A DNA stretch of 64,000 nt from assembly GCF_006345805.1 (NCBI RefSeq), contig NC_043005.1, forward strand, positions 105,028,001-105,092,000. Direction: 5' to 3'. The position numbers and the translations under genes were made by a program. The notes beneath the pieces are model-generated. The model was given only the letters and a program-made list of their open reading frames with translations, was not told the origin of the DNA and ran no database searches. Numbering within the stretch: position 1 is the stretch's first letter; the number at the start of each line of letters is the position of its first letter. This document shows, piece by piece, positions 52,175 to 64,000 of this stretch. The DNA is from Octopus sinensis (lineage: Eukaryota).

Positions 52175-52627
52175 AAAACCTATGGAACTCACTCTCAGGC
52201 TATCTCACCTCCTCCTCCTCCTCTCTCACATACACACATAAAAAAATCTTTGTATCCTTTCTTATTAACAAGTCACACTCGAGTAAAAATACGAATTCGT
52301 CTTAAATATTATGATTTTGCTTATTGCTTCAGGTACCCATGTCGTTGCGGACAGATACAAATATCTTTTCATCCTCTCATCTTTCATTGAGCGGAACATC
52401 AAGATAGCAACTGCTGACCCAACACTGAGCTGGAACTCTATTCCAACTGAACAGACTGGATCAGTGTGAAGGGAATTGCCCTCCTCAAAGATACAACATG
52501 CTACCCAGCCCAGGAATCGAACTGACAACCTATGACTGCGTTTAGACAATACACCTTCCTTTTAAAGAAATTATTCTAATAAAGATATGGAATCCCTCAC
52601 CCGTTATTTTCATTTTAAAGTTTATAT

Positions 52628-52860
52628 TACTCTTTTACCCTTTTACTTGTTTCGGTCATTTGACTGCGGCCATGCTTGAGCACCGCCTTTAGTCGAGCAA
52701 ATCGACCCCGGGACTTATTCTTTGTAAGCCCAGTACTTATTCTATCGGTCGCTTTTGCCGAACCGCTAAGCTACGGGGACGAAAAACACCAGCATCGGTT
52801 GTCACGCAATGCTAGGGGGACAAACAGACACACAAATACACACACACATACATATATATA

Positions 52861-52898
<38 letters not shown>

Positions 52899-53068
52899 CA
52901 TATATACGACAGACTTCTTTCAGTTTCCGTCTACCAAATCCACTCACAAGGCATTGGTCGGCCGGGGGCTATAGCAGAAGACACTTGCCCAAGATGCCAC
53001 GCAGTGGGACTGAACCCGGAACCATGTGGTTGGTTAGCAAGCTACTTACCACACAGCCACTCCTGCAC
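52628..53068 (-). mobile_element. Full-length SINE family B
   Basis: Reverse complement of the 48501 copy, including the internal microsatellite. Confidence 0.92.
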
Positions 53069-53420
53069 AAATTTTCTATAGAATTTAGAGCCAGCATTGA
53101 AAGTGATGACGTTACAGATGCAAATACGTCCTTGTAAACAATGCAATCGAAGATGCAAAAATAGGTAATTGGTGCGTATGCTTATTTCAGGAGTTCTTGT
53201 TCCTTCTTCAGCACCACATCCAGCCCATTAACATCCACGAATCCATGGCTTAAATACCCGCTAGGTTTAATGGTGTAACACTGGCGGATAGACCAATTGA
53301 CCCGCAACTAATATATATATGTACCAGTTGTCAGGAAAGTGTTTAATGGGTAACTTGGTGTATTCAATGTATTAAACGAGGAAGCCCGTAATGTATATAT
53401 ATATATATATATAATATATA

Positions 53421-53475
<55 letters not shown>

Positions 53476-53739
53476 ATATACCTATATATATGCATATGCG
53501 TGTGTGTGTATGTGCTTTTATTAAGTTTGTCCCGATTACCGTTTGACAACTTGTGTTGGTTTCTTTTTTACAGCACTGTAACTTAGCGGTTCGGCAAAAC
53601 GGGTGATCGAGCAAATACCAGCTTTAACAAAAAGAAAAATTCTGGGATCAGTTTCATTGACTAAACCTTTCAATGAAGGGGCCCACTCTTCACCAATGTC
53701 TGGTCTGAGGGAAGCAAGTGAAATATCGGTTTCAAATTT

Positions 53740-53935
53740 TCGCACAAGGTCAATGGTTTCGGCAAATATCTATTACATCGATTCTTGTGCTCAACTGGTA
53801 CTCATTTTATCGACTCCGAAGGCTGAAATGCAAAGTCGACCTTGGCGGAATTTGAACTCAGAATGTAAAAACGGATGAACTGTCGCTATGCGTTTTGCCC
53901 GGTGTACTAACGATTCTGCCAGCTCGCTGCCTTAT
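53740..53935 (-). mobile_element. SINE family A variant
   Basis: attacatcga..caactggtactcattttatcgactccgaaggctgaaatgcaaagtcgacc..tctgccagctcgctgcc. Confidence 0.8.
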
Positions 53936-54252
53936 AAGTAAATAAATTATTAAAGGTAAAATATCATTATATAACATATTTTGAATCCCGGAAATATGTA
54001 ATTAACAGTCTTAGCATCCAGTGATGAGCAAAATGTAATTAAACTGCTTGTGACAAAGGACGTATGTGTATCACACATTCACTGAACTTCTTACGAATAT
54101 ACCCGCAGGGCTCGGCTTATGGCTGAGCTATGGACATGGGTATGTTCATTAGTTTGTATCAGTGTTGTGCAAAGCCGATTTCAAAACTTTCAACGTGTCG
54201 TCTATTACAGGAACATTCCGGAACACTTTAGTGCTAGACGGGAGTAATACAC

Positions 54253-54392
54253 TTCTATATTTAAGAGATGAGGAATTATGTACATTATTTACAATTGACG
54301 GATATTTGTCCTCATCTTGTTTGTTGTTAACACTACGTTTCGGCTGATATACCCTCCAGCCTTCATCAGGTGTCTTGGGGAAATTTCGAACC
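54253..54392 (-). mobile_element. Short repeat carrying a hammerhead motif, probably a Penelope-like-element terminal repeat derivative
   Basis: Second copy at 58015-58153; contains a minimal HHR. Confidence 0.7.
54329..54374 (-). ncRNA. Minimal type I hammerhead ribozyme (Penelope-type, palindromic stem III)
   Basis: GACAC CTGATGA a GGCTG gagggtatat CAGCC GAA ACGT A GTGTT: 5-bp stem I, 5-bp stem II, ACGT palindrome, GUA cleavage triplet. Confidence 0.82.
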
Positions 54393-54569
54393 AGGTTTCT
54401 TGTTCCTGGAATGAGATGTAGGCAGGCAGTCGACAACTGATGACGGGTCCTTTCTCTGCGTTTACTTATCTTGTCCTCTTTATTTTCTCGTCTACGTATT
54501 TAACTCGTTGGTTTGCGTATTTCTTGTTGCTTGAACCGTTAGTCACGTCCTGTACCCATATATGCATGC

Positions 54570-54619
<50 letters not shown>

Positions 54620-54972
54620 TATATACATACATATATATTATTTACTATATATATATATATATACATACATACATACATACACACACACACATCCGCATAT
54701 ATACATATATACACATGCGCATATTTATGTATACATATCTGTTCATTCACATATACGAATATATATATACGTACACACATACATACATATATACGCACAC
54801 CTACATATCCTACATATGTGCTTATTTTTCGCTTTCATATGTTGGGGGAAACATTCTTCCACTGCTTGCAACCGGTATTAGTTTGTCCAAGTATAGAGGT
54901 TCGGCAAAACTGAGCTGTGCAGTAAATACCTGGCTTTAAAATAAGTACTAAGTTCGATTTGTTCCACTAAAC

Positions 54973-55683
54973 CAGTGCTTCTCAAACGTGGTCCATATTG
55001 CCCTTGAGGGTCCGTATAAGATTTCTGGGTGTGGGGCGAGTATGCAATAAAATAGTAAACTGGGGATCTACAACAGTGTTTTATGGGCCTCGGAAAAGTT
55101 TTTACTTTAGATCAGTGGTTCTCAACCAAGGTCCATGTCACCCCTGAAGGTCTATAAAAGATTTTTGGTGGTCCACGCAACAAAATGGTAAATTGGGGAC
55201 TCACAATAGTATTTTGAGGGCCCCTGAAAATATTTTGCTTTAGATGTATGTATTGGAATGTGTTGCAAGATACAGCTAGGTTTCTTTCTCTGATATAGAT
55301 CAACTTACACGAGTTAATGTGTAAAATATAAAACAGGAATTTTGAAAGAAGGTTCTATAAAACTAGTTTTTAAACACTGAATGGTTATGGAAGGTCCACA
55401 AGAATAATTCTGTAATCAAAGGGGTCCATAGATTTTTTTTAAATGGTTGAGAACCCCTGCTTTAACTGTATGTGTGGGTATGTATTACAAAAACCCTCCA
55501 GGTATTCTTGTCTAACATTTTACATATTTCAACCGACACAATTAATTTGTGCAAAACAAAACTGGAATTTTGAAAGAGGTTTCTATAAAAGTAGTTTTTG
55601 AACATCGAATGGCCATGGTCGGTTCCATCAGAATAGAACAGTAATTAAAGGTATCCATAGATAAACAATGATCGAGAACCCAG
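54973..55683 (+). mobile_element. hAT-type MITE with a same-family copy (55113-55459) nested inside it
   Basis: Inner TIRs cagtggttctcaacc / ggttgagaacccctg, 8-bp TSD ctttagat/ctttaact; the outer halves align to the inner copy. Confidence 0.82.
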
Positions 55684-56399
55684 GACTAGGCCCTTCACAG
55701 TGGTGCTCCAGAATGACAAGATTCCTGTGAGTGAAATAAGTAAAAGAAGGGGGGAACGTGTTCCTGGACACCCCACACATTTGAAAAAGACTGGATGGGT
55801 ACGGTTGGTATTGCATTTGATCATAGTTTTGCCCGATCGGAGATTACCCGGGGCTAAACAACATCATGAACGGTGACAGCAACCACCACTTGCACTGCAC
55901 CACCCCTCTACCGCCACCGCCGCCACCACTTCGCCTACCTCTCAATGATACCAATACCTTCACTTCACCCCCTGTCTCCCCACCGCAACAACCATTATCA
56001 CCGTCTCCAATACCACCACCACCACCACCAATCATTCTACCCTGTGCACCCTACTACTTTCACAACCCCCCCCCCTGATATCCCGTCCCTCCCAACTACC
56101 CTTTCTCTTCCGCTTCCCCTCACATTCCGGAGTGGAATCATTTTTAGTTAGCGACGACACACAGACAGACAGAACAAACTGTCTGAATAATAATAAAAAA
56201 AACACAGCTAAAAGAAGAAAAAAACAAAACAAAGAAAACAATGATGATTATGATGATAATGATGATGATAATAATAATGAGTGGGGGTGGGGTATAGAAA
56301 TAAAATAATACTAATAAAAGGCCCGGATGTGTGAACTCTGTTTCAACTTTTATTCAACACTCAGAAAATAAATAGAAATTTCACTTCAACTTTCTTACT

Positions 56400-56900
56400 T
56401 TTCTCTCCCACGTATTCTCTCTCTCTTCTCTCTCTCTCTCTCTCTCTCTGCCCCTCTCTCGTCCTCCCTCTCTCCTATTCATTCTCTCTCTATTCTCTCT
56501 TTCTCTCTTTCTCCCTCTCTCCTACTTATTCTCTCTCTATTTTCTCTCTCTCTCTCTCTTTCCCCCTCTCTCCTTCTTATTCTCTATTTTCTCTCTCTCT
56601 TTCTCCCTCTCTCCCACTTATTCTCTCTCTATTCTCTCTCTCTCTCTCTTTCCCCCTCTCTCCTTCTTATTCTCTATTTTCTCTCTCTCTTTCTCCCTCT
56701 TTCCCACTAATTATCTCTCTATTTTCTCTCTCTCTCTTTCTCCTCTCTCCTACTTATTCTCTCTCTATTTTCTCTCTCTCTCTCCCCCTCTTTCCCACTA
56801 ATTATCTCTCTATTATCTCTCTCTCTTTCTCCCTCTCTCCCACTTATTCTCTCTCTATGTTCGCCCTTTCTCTTTCTCCCTCTCTCTCATTTTCTCTTCC
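56400..56900. repeat. CT-rich higher-order minisatellite
   Basis: Recurring ttctccctctctcc(c/t)acttattctctctctattttctctc units. Confidence 0.9.
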
Positions 56901-57229
56901 TATTTCCATTCGTCTTCCCTCTTTCTCTGTCTTTTGAGTAATCTATCCCTTAATGTGTTATCTTAAGTCTTTCTCTTGTTCAATCTCTCTTTATTATTCA
57001 CTCTACTATTAAGTCAAACTTCTCTCACTCCTACGCTCTATCTTTGTTTTTATCTCCCACTCTCTCTTACTCTATTTCATTACTATACAATCCGCCATCG
57101 TCTAACCCTTCTCTATTAATCACTATCTATCTCACCCTCTCTCCATATTTCACTGTTTTTACGACATTCAACTCTCCTAACTTCATTCTTTCTCTCTCAC
57201 TTTTACATCTACCTACGCGTAAATCATTC

Positions 57230-58000
57230 GATGGTTATATATTCTGGGTTCAGTCCCACTGCGTGTCACCTTGGACAAGTGTCTTCTACTATAGCCTCGA
57301 GCCGACGTAAGCCTTGTGAGTGGATTTGGTAGACGGAAACCAGGAGAGACCCGTTGTTAACGTGTCTGTGCTTGTTCACTCCATCACCGCTTGACAACTG
57401 GCGTTGGTGCGTTTTCCTACACGTTACTTAACATTTCGGCATAAGAGACAGATGGAATAAGTACTAGACTTAGAAGTAAAAAAAAAGGTCCTGGTACCGA
57501 TTTGTTCGACTAAAAACCTTTCAAGGCGGTGCTCTAGTATGGCCGCAGTCAAATTACTGAAGCAAGTAGAAGGATGAAAGAAAGAATAACAGAATATATA
57601 TGTGGTAAGTAGCTTGCTTGCCAACCATATGGTTCCGGGTTCAGTATCACTGCGTGGTACCTTGGGTAAGTGTCTTCTACTATAGCCTCAAGCTGACCAA
57701 AGCCTTTCGAGTGGATTTGGTGGAAGGAAACTGAAAAAAGCCCGTATGTATATATATGTGTGTGTGTGTGTGTGAGTGAGTGCGTGCGTGCATGCGTACG
57801 TGTGTGTCTGTGTTTGTCTCCCCAACATTGCTTGACAACCGATGCTGCCGTGTCTACGTCACCGTAATTTAACGGTTCGGCAAAAGAGACCGATAGAATA
57901 AGTACTAAGCATACAAAGAATAAGTCCTGGGGTCGATTTGTTCGACCATAGGTGCTGCTCCAGCATGGCCGCAGTCAAATGACTGAAACAAATAAAAGAG
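57230..58000 (+). mobile_element. Two consecutive SINE family B copies
   Basis: gggttcagtcccactgcgtg..ttggacaagtgtcttctactatagcc at ~57245 and again at ~57635, each with a tail. Confidence 0.88.
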
Positions 58001-58014
58001 TAACGAATATATTG

Positions 58015-58170
58015 TTCTATATTTAAGAGATGAGGAATTATGTACATTATTTACATTTGACGGGTATTTGCCCTCATCTTGTTTGTTGTTAACACTACTT
58101 TTCGGCTGATATACCCTCCAACCTCCATCAGGTGTCTCGGGAAATTTCGAACCTGGATATTTTTCGATAT
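58015..58170 (-). mobile_element. Second copy of the HHR-bearing repeat, core mutated
   Basis: Aligns to 54253-54392; core reads CTGATGG and GAAAAGTA. Confidence 0.8.
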
Positions 58171-58178
58171 TATTATTA

Positions 58179-58230
<52 letters not shown>

Positions 58231-58544
58231 GTAGTAGTAGTAGAAAATTAAGTTTCTCGTTTCTCTTTCTCCTCCTTGTGCGCATGTGCAGCATCTTTGG
58301 TTACAGAGTTTTTCACCACGGTGATGTGTAAAATACTCGCTTCTGATTGGCTAAAATACCCAAATTTTGCAAATTTGAAAGGCTAATAACTTTTTAATAA
58401 GGGTTTTATTGGGGAAATGAATTTCCTTTTCATAATTAGTAGACAAAACTTTATATATATCTATATATATATATATATATGTACCAAATTTGAAAATAAT
58501 TGGAACAAAACCGTCAACAGTGACGAAAACCACAAAGATCCGAT

Positions 58545-58940
58545 GTTTGATTCTCAACCACATGATTCCGGGTTCAGTTCCACTGTGTGCACCCTTGGGT
58601 TAGTGTCTTCTACTATAGCCTTGGGCAGACCAAAGCCTTGTGAGTGGATTTGGTACACGGTAACTCTACGTGTGTGTGGGGGGAGTGTGTGTATGTGTGT
58701 GTGTGTGTGGGGGGAGTGTGTGGGGGGAGTGTGTGTATGTGTGTGTGTGGGGTGTATGTGTCCATCCACTGCTTTACAACCGATGTTAGTGTGTTTGTGT
58801 CCCTGTAACTAAGCAATTTGGCAAAAGATAACAATAGAAAAACTACCAGGCTTTAAAATAATTTACTGGATTGATTCATTCGACAAAAAAATCTTCAAAA
58901 CTATGCCCCAGCATGGCTGCATTCTAATAACTGAAACAGA
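58545..58940 (+). mobile_element. Diverged SINE family B
   Basis: gggttcagttccactgtgtgcacccttggg..gaccaaagccttgtgagtggatttggt. Confidence 0.75.
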
Positions 58941-59926
58941 CACACGTCTACACACACAACTAATATCTGATGTCGCTGTAATAATGTTTGATGTTATGTA
59001 GTTATACATAAAATCGACAGAACGTTAGCTAAAGCACTAATTAAAATGTTGATTGCGACTTCAAAAATGTTCGTCGCATGGTGTGTTTGTCAGATTAACT
59101 ATGAAAACTGAGAAACTTCGATGTTACTATCAACTCTTTTGTTCTGTCAAAAATCCACAATATTTTATATCGCCCTATCACCAAGGTAGATAAAAGCGGC
59201 TTGCTGGCAGAATCTTTAGAACGACGAGATTAGCGGTATTTCGTCCGTCGTTACATCCTATGTTCAAATTCCACCGAGCTTGACTTTGCCTTGCATAATT
59301 TCAGGCAAAGTACTAGCTGAGTGCTTGGGTCGATGTAATCGACTTCACCCACTTTCCTGAAACTGTTGGCCTTGTGCCAAAATTTGAAATCAGTATTACC
59401 AACGTAGGTGAAAGTGACAAGCTGGCAGAATCGCTAGAAGGCCAGGTAAAAAGAAATTTTATGCTTCCTGTGGGACAGCCTGGGGATTCCAGGAGTTGAA
59501 ATTACTTTTAGGTTGTAAATAAGTACCAGTTGAACGCTAGGGTCGATGTAATCGACATACCCCACCTTCTCTATTCCCTTAAAAAATTTCAGGACTTGTG
59601 CTTATAGCAGAAGGGTACATAACCACGGTAAGTCACTTGGCAGAATCATCAGAGCGACTGCTACAATGCATTCCGTGTTCAAATCACTCCGATGTCAACG
59701 TTCCCTTTCATATTTTTCGAGGTCCATAAATAATGTTCTTGGTTCAATTTCCGCCGAGGTTCTCACCATCTAGTCAAAAGATCAAACTATCTAAACCTCC
59801 ATTTGTCAGTTTTGGAAAAGTGAAGCCTACAAACAATATGAAATGAAGTACCTTGCTCAAGGACACAAACAACCGTCTGACCCAGGTTTTAAACCTGTGA
59901 CTTTATGAATGAGACTAACACCCTCT

Positions 59927-59974
<48 letters not shown>

Positions 59975-60234
59975 CACTCACATATAGGAGCACTCCGTCG
60001 GTTACGACAACGAGGGTTCCAACGAGGGTCCTGCACCTATAATATATATATATATTATAGGTGCAGGAGTAGCTGTGTGGTAAGTAGCTTGTCTTACAGA
60101 AGCAAAAAAAAAAAGGCGGGCGTTTTTTATCTTCTCCCATTAATATAATTTTATTTCATTATTCATCTCATCAATGTTTCTATCCAGCCCGCAAGCTACT
60201 CTATATCATGCCTTTATGCCTTTTTTGAAATAAA

Positions 60235-60364
60235 GTAGCATGTTCACCAACCACATAGCCCCGGGTTCAGCCCCACTGTGTGGTACCTTGGGCAAGTGTC
60301 AGGCTAGCCAAAGACTTGTGAGTGGATTTGGTAGACGGAAACTGGCAGAAGCCCGTCGTATATG

Positions 60365-60442
<78 letters not shown>

Positions 60443-60590
60443 CATATGTTTGTGTCTGTGTTTTGTCACCCCAACATCGCTTGACAACCGAAGCTGGTGC
60501 GTATACATTCCCGTAGCCTAGCAGTTCAGCAAAAGCGACCGATAGAATAAGTACTAGGCTTACAAAGAATAAGCTCTGGGGTCGATATAT
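60235..60590 (+). mobile_element. SINE family B, truncated
   Basis: ccgggttcagccccactgtgtggtaccttgggcaagtgtc..gatagaataagtactaggcttacaaagaataag. Confidence 0.8.
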
Positions 60591-61252
60591 AGGGAGAGTT
60601 TACGAAAGCAACAAAAGACGAAGCCAGGTGGTGTACAAAACAAACAGGGAGGGGAATAGAAAAAGTCTTTTACGTTTCGAGCCTACGCTCTTCCTCTCTC
60701 TCTCTCTCTCTCTCTGTATATATATATATACACTCCGTCTTTTAATCGTACTTAATTTATCGATCCCGAAAGAATGAAAGGCAAAGTTGACCTCGGCGGA
60801 TATATATATATATATATATATATTACTCACACACACACACACACACACACGACAGGGTTCTTTCCCCCACACCCACTGAATATGCCTTGTTCGACCCGAG
60901 AGTACAGTAGACGCTTACCCACAGTGCTGCACAGTAGGACTGAATCCAAGTAAACATGGCTGGAAAACAAGGTTTTAACCTCCACTCACACTTGCTTCTG
61001 TACTTTTTATAATATATTATTGTATAATGAACATACACACACAAACACGCGCACACACACGCGCATGCGCACACATACACACACACTGCTCGCGCACGCG
61101 CACAGTTTATTTTCTTTGACGTTCTTTTTCCTCTATTTTCTTTGCCCTTTTTAACACCGCTTCACTCTGTAATAGTTAAACCTTTCCCCTAATTCCATTC
61201 ATAACGATTGTATACTAATTAATTCTATACTCTAAAAATACCACGATCTCTC

Positions 61253-61323
<71 letters not shown>

Positions 61324-61799
61324 ACTCCCCCCCCATTTCTCTCAGTATTACTCAAATTTCTCTACTTGAAATCTTTCCCCTTCGCACTAAATTATGGCGC
61401 TCCACAGAGGGTGTTTCACCATTTTGCGTTTCTTCACAGCATTGTACTTACACCTTCAGGTTTACAATATTAGAAATCCCCCCATCCACCTCCTCCATCT
61501 ACACTCTCGCTTTTTTGTAATTGATGTTCTTCAGTTATTGCTGTTGCTGTTAATGTTGTCGTCATAATCTCAATACTAAATATCACCACCATAACTACCA
61601 CCACTGTATCATCATCATCGCCATCATCATCATCATCGTCATCATCATCATCATCATCATCATTTTTATGATGACTGCTTTTTGATTTGATTTGCAAATA
61701 TACATATATTTTAGTTATTTCCTCTAAAAAAATGTCTATCCTTAAAACTGAAATAGGATCCCTTGAAAAAATGAGACACAGGGTGAAGCAGGGAAAGGA

Positions 61800-62111
61800 A
61801 GGAGTGAGGAATAATTTAATTGAAGGGACTAAGGAAATTTGGACGTAATGGACAAGGGAGGGGGCGGCGGTGAATTAAATTGGTGATCACGATGACGACA
61901 GCTGCGGCATTTGGAGGTAGTGGAGTGTTTTCATTGCGCTGATGGTGATGATGTTGATGGTGATAATAACGATCACGATGATGGCGATGATGATGATGAT
62001 GATGATGATGGCAATGCTGGTTGTGATGAAGCAGAAAAGAAGGGAAAAAAAGGGGGAGAAATAAATGTAATAGGAGACAGTGAAGAAACACGAAGAAGAA
62101 AACGATGTTGT

Positions 62112-62143
<32 letters not shown>

Positions 62144-62290
62144 GTGATGGTGATGATGATGATGAAGATGATGATGGTGATGATGATGATGATGATGTTG
62201 TTGTTGTTGTTGTGGTGGTGGTGGTGGCAGTGGTTGCAGGGATGTAGGTGATGCTGAAGAAGTAATACCAAATAACAACAACAACGAGAA
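61800..62290. repeat. GAT/GGT/GTT trinucleotide low-complexity region
   Basis: Direct inspection; source of His/Ile-rich ORFs. Confidence 0.9.
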
Positions 62291-62971
62291 CAAGAATAGA
62301 TCCACGGTTTTCCTATAATTCTAGGAAACTAAAATTTTGAGAAATAATTATGCAAAAGCAAATCCTAAAATATATTAACATAGTTTCAACTTGAAAATAA
62401 ATAAAAAATCTGATATAAATATAAAATAAACAATTAATATCATTACGTAATATAATACAATATATTACAATATAATAATAGTACTAGTAAATTATATAAA
62501 TATTAATAATATTATAATAATGATAAAGTTTTACAATAATACAATAATTTAATATAATTGAAAAAATTTCTAATTTCACAGCGGAGTAGGAAAAGATGGT
62601 GAGAAGCAGCGAGTCAGATGACTGACGACTCTTACGCATAGCCTGTAGTCTTGCAGGCAGAATTCACAGACTTACTGTATTTATCTATTCCCAGATATCC
62701 ATTCCTTACCACATACAACAAAGTCAAAAAAAAAAAAAGAAGAAGGAGAAAGAAAAGTAAAAAGCAAAGCAAAGCACTGTTTTTTACCCCCTGAGGATAT
62801 AAAAGCAAAAACAAAACAAAACCCAGCAGAAAACAAAGGAAGGGATCACCTCAAACTTCGAGCATACACTTTCGTCCTTACAACATTTCTTACACTTTCA
62901 ACCTTACAGCATTCCGCCATATTATCGAAACCTGCAAAACAGATTTCATCGACAAAATTTTCCCTCGCCGT

Positions 62972-62974
<3 letters not shown>

Positions 62975-63031
<57 letters not shown>

Positions 63032-63063
63032 TCCTTCTTTCTTTAATTCATTCTTTCTTTCCT

Positions 63064-63125
<62 letters not shown>
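62975..63125. repeat. (TTTC)n microsatellite
   Basis: Direct inspection. Confidence 0.95.
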
Positions 63126-63126
<1 letters not shown>

Positions 63127-63279
63127 GTCTTGCTTTCTTTCTCTCTTCCCTTCCTTCTTCCTTTTCTTCATTCTTTCCTTCTTTTCTCCTCTATTTCATA
63201 TTTTTATATTCTTCTCCTTTTTGTATCTTCATCGTCTTCCTCATGTCGTCATTGTTTTCATCAAAATTGCCGTCGTTGT

Positions 63280-63315
<36 letters not shown>

Positions 63316-64000
63316 CTTTACCTCTACTTATTTCCTTTGTCTTCCTCTCTTTCCTCTTTATTTTCTTACCATTGCCTGTAGAGAGGTCATTTTGTTCGAT
63401 ATACTTCACTCAATGTAAAGCAACAGCTTGGGCGACCACGATGATCAAGAACGGAAGAGATACGTACCATAGTATCTGGTTAACTTACCTGCAATAAATT
63501 AGTCACTTATTTTGATGTACAATTCTTAAACTGAGAAATTTTCCCTACAGCGAAGAAATTTTAGGTGTCCTGTGGGACAGCCTGGGGATTCCAGGGGGTA
63601 AAATTATTTTTAGGTTGAAAATTCATCAGTTTTGTTGACACTCTTCTTGCCAGATGTATTTTCCTTAATTTCGTTTTTAAATTTTCTTTTCTGCTTTGAT
63701 TCTCTTACTCGTTTCAGTCCTCGGACTGTGGCCATGCTGATGCATCGCTTAAAACGGGTTTGGTCGATTAAGTCGACCTCAGTACGTATTTAAAGTCTAG
63801 CATATATTCTTCACCGGTTTCGTTTCACAAAACGATAAGTTACAAGGGAGCATAAACATAGCAACACTGGTCTTCAAGCGGTGAGAAAGAGAAACACTAC
63901 CTGAAGTCGCACTCACGCACATACACAGATAAATATGTATATAGAATATGTGATTGTTTGTATGTGTGTGTCTGCATGTATAAATAGGATATACATACAT

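Noticed and set aside
61816-62305. His/Gln/Ile-rich ORFs resembling low-complexity proteins
   Set aside because: GAT/GGT/GTT trinucleotide repeats with no splice or homology support
63490-63545. Minus-strand 56-nt segment between a good acceptor and CAG|GTAAGT
   Set aside because: Stops in all frames; could be a UTR exon but nothing else supports it

Overview
AT-rich, repeat-saturated eukaryotic genomic DNA, most likely from an octopus (coleoid cephalopod). The organism is inferred from the very dense micro/minisatellites, several families of tRNA-derived SINEs and a mollusc-type 5S rRNA copy. There is one 100-N assembly gap (25076-25175). I recognise no complete protein-coding gene, and almost every ORF in the track is a translation of simple repeats. 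Real coding remnants are all decayed transposons: a DD37D/maT-like Tc1/mariner (1102-2275), a mariner (28482-30323) split by a SINE trimer, a mariner-derived foldback (25575-26192), an R4/Dong-type LINE reverse transcriptase (15345-16590) and L1/Tx1-like fragments. A few isolated candidate exons with good splice signals suggest the window is mainly intronic. The most interesting signal is a set of hammerhead-ribozyme (HHR) motifs in short non-coding repeats. These are a canonical minimal Penelope-type HHR (54329-54374) with a decayed twin, a longer HHR candidate with a near-palindromic stem III inside an inverted-repeat element (49754-49830), and a CUGUUGA-variant motif whose copy stops at the predicted cleavage site. 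Other notable structures are a 5S pseudogene abutting a SINE, SINEs with swapped 3' modules, tandem SINE arrays, SINE-internal microsatellites that collect nested insertions, a self-nested hAT MITE, several long foldback repeats and a 32-bp minisatellite. SINE family labels A-D and repeat label E are my own working names. All alignments were made by eye, so boundaries are approximate.
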